Shown here: positions 62,106 to 64,000 of the stretch, one piece after another
Layout: the number at the start of each line of letters is the position of its first letter
Numbering within the stretch: position 1 is the stretch's first letter
Assembly (NCBI RefSeq): GCF_963921235.1
Contig: NC_086119.1
Span: 26,598,001-26,662,000 of the forward strand
Origin: Mobula hypostoma
Lineage: Eukaryota
DNA length: 64,000 nucleotides
Reading direction: 5' to 3'
Program-made: the position numbers and the translations under genes
The notes under the pieces: generated by a model
The model's input: only the letters and a program-made list of their open reading frames with translations
Database searches by the model: none
Told to the model about the DNA's origin: nothing

Positions 62106-62757
62106 ATGTAGCCTGGGGAAAAATACATACGCAGGACAACAAATACTTTTTTTCAGGTCTTTAATTCCTTTATCTGTTTTAATGCAGAAAGAGGGTATCA
62201 AGATAAAAATGACAAAATGAATTAAAAAAACAGTTCCTGCTGTTACAATTTCAACTTAATTTTGGTCCACACCCTTGTTACGTATGCAATATCAAAATAA
62301 ATAAAACAAAATATACAAAACTAATATGGTGGTGGCAATTTTTGGCACACACTTTCTTAACTTCCAAGCACATAAAGGCTAGACCCTGAAACGAGTTTTC
62401 CTTGCTCACGCCACTGTGCTGATAAGGAACTTGGCACAACCACGCTATCCAGCATCAAGACCTTACTTGAGAAAATCTTTCATCACCAAACCTGGGAAAA
62501 GCACACAAATGTCGTTCCCTTTAGAACGTGGTAACTCTTCTTTCTACTCCACACATGCAAAATGATGTCACCATTTTCTCTTAAAGACACAGGCAGCTAT
62601 TTTAACAATACCAGGGTGAATACATAAGTGCACATTAACAGTAAAAAAAATTATATTGAGCGGTCACCTGGTTACATGTAACAGTATCATGATAACCGCT
62701 ACGCTACCATAGCGAGTTTCTGGGACAATTCAGACTAAATTACAGTGCTGATGGGCA

Positions 62758-63845
62758 GTATTTTATCGACCACACAAAAGCATTTGATAAAGTGAAGCAC
62801 AATAAGTTATTTGAAATATTACAGGAAACTCTAGATCTAGATTCGAAAGACCTCCGCCAAATCAGAAACTTGTACTGGGAACAAACTGCCACGGTAAAAA
62901 TAGATGGAGAAGTGAGTCAGTTTACGAAAATCAAGAGAGGCATTAGACAAGGGTGTGTTTACTCCCCTGATTTGTTTAATGTGTACAGTGAAACAATATT
63001 ACAAAAAATAAGAGACATCTTGGGAATCAAAGTTGGCGGTGAAAACATCAATAATTTTAGATATGCGGATGACACTGTGTTAATTGCAAGTACAGAGAAA
63101 GAACTACAAAACTTAAATGATATAATTGTTGAAGAAAGTGCAGAAATGGGTTTATCTATCAATTGCAAAAAGACAGAAAGCATGGTGATATCCAAAAAAG
63201 AAGGAGAATCCTATCTGCAGGCTGAGAATAAATGGGGAAGACATAAAACAAGTACAGAACTTTTGCTACTTAGGAAGCTGGGTGACATCAGATGGCAGGT
63301 GCGACATGGACATCAAAAAAAGAATAGGGATGGCAAAAGACACCTTTATGAGAATGAAGAGTATACTGACCAACACTAAACTAGGCATGACAACCCGCCT
63401 CAGAGCACTGAAATGTTACATTTATCCAGTTATGATATATGGTTCAGAATGTTGGACAATATCTAGTAACATGAGGAAACGAATTGAAGCAGCAGAGATG
63501 CGGTTTTTGTGGAGGTTGCAAAGAATATCATGGACAAAATTAATATCTAATGAGGATGTCATGAACAGAGCAAGCACAAAAAGAGAAATAATGTATGAGA
63601 TCATGGAAAGGCAACGTGACTTCATTGGACATATGATTAGGAAAGAGGAGTTAGAATGCACGGTAATTATGGGAAAGATTGAAGGGAAGAAAGCAAGAGG
63701 AAGACAAAGACAAATGATGATGGAGACAGCAGCCAGAGAACTGGAAATGAATACCAATGAATTGATCCACTTGACCTGAAACAGGAGTGTGAGGGCCATG
63801 GCAGTCAAAACTCAAACTGGGCACGGCACCTGATGATGATGATGA
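62758..63845 (+). mobile_element. Young RTE-clade LINE, 5'-truncated
   Basis: FIDHTKAFDKV, RGIRQGCVYSPDLFN, NNFRYADDTVL, YLGSWVTSDG, YGSECWT and GKIEGKKARGRQR motifs; one frameshift in an A run (~63195); (GAT)n tail; TSD TGATGGGCA at 62749-62757 and 63846-63854. Confidence 0.95.
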
Positions 63846-64000
63846 TGATGGGCAAAGGCCACTTGAAACAGTAAATGCTAAGCTGGCATCACTTTATTGA
63901 ACGCAGTACCATCCTTTCAGATCACAGTTTTATTTTCAGTGACTGACATATGTTTCAAAAGGTATCAAATAGATGCTGGAGATCAGAAAAAAAAAATACT

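Overview
Vertebrate, non-coding, transposon-rich DNA. It is most likely from a cartilaginous fish (ray or shark), inferred from HE1/V-type tRNA-derived SINEs, abundant CR1 and Rex1/Babar LINEs, and Penelope pseudo-LTRs of the 'ACACACAAAATGCTGGAGGAACTCAGCAG' type. I found no host protein-coding exon I can support. Every recognisable ORF is transposon-derived: CR1, Rex1/Babar, L1, RTE, an RNase H-bearing I/Nimb-type LINE, Penelope GIY-YIG, Gypsy integrase, and Tigger, Tc1, mariner and Harbinger remnants. There are four solo LTRs with 5-bp target-site duplications (TSDs) and several multi-level nested insertions. TE-poor islands rich in homeodomain/TCF motifs suggest a long intron or gene desert with enhancers, and weak splice/polyA signals suggest a possible non-coding transcript end near 6.6 kb. 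The most interesting signals are: (1) 5'-inverted retro-insertions with overlap duplications in three LINE clades plus Penelope, a twin-priming-like geometry; (2) minimal hammerhead ribozyme motifs in Penelope termini and recurrent palindromic mini-elements built from them; (3) a five-TIR fold-back mariner MITE and a Tc1 derivative capped by a TIR-TIR mini-hairpin; (4) bipartite non-autonomous LINE derivatives. Family names come from motif recognition by eye, with no database search. Boundaries without a stated TSD are approximate.
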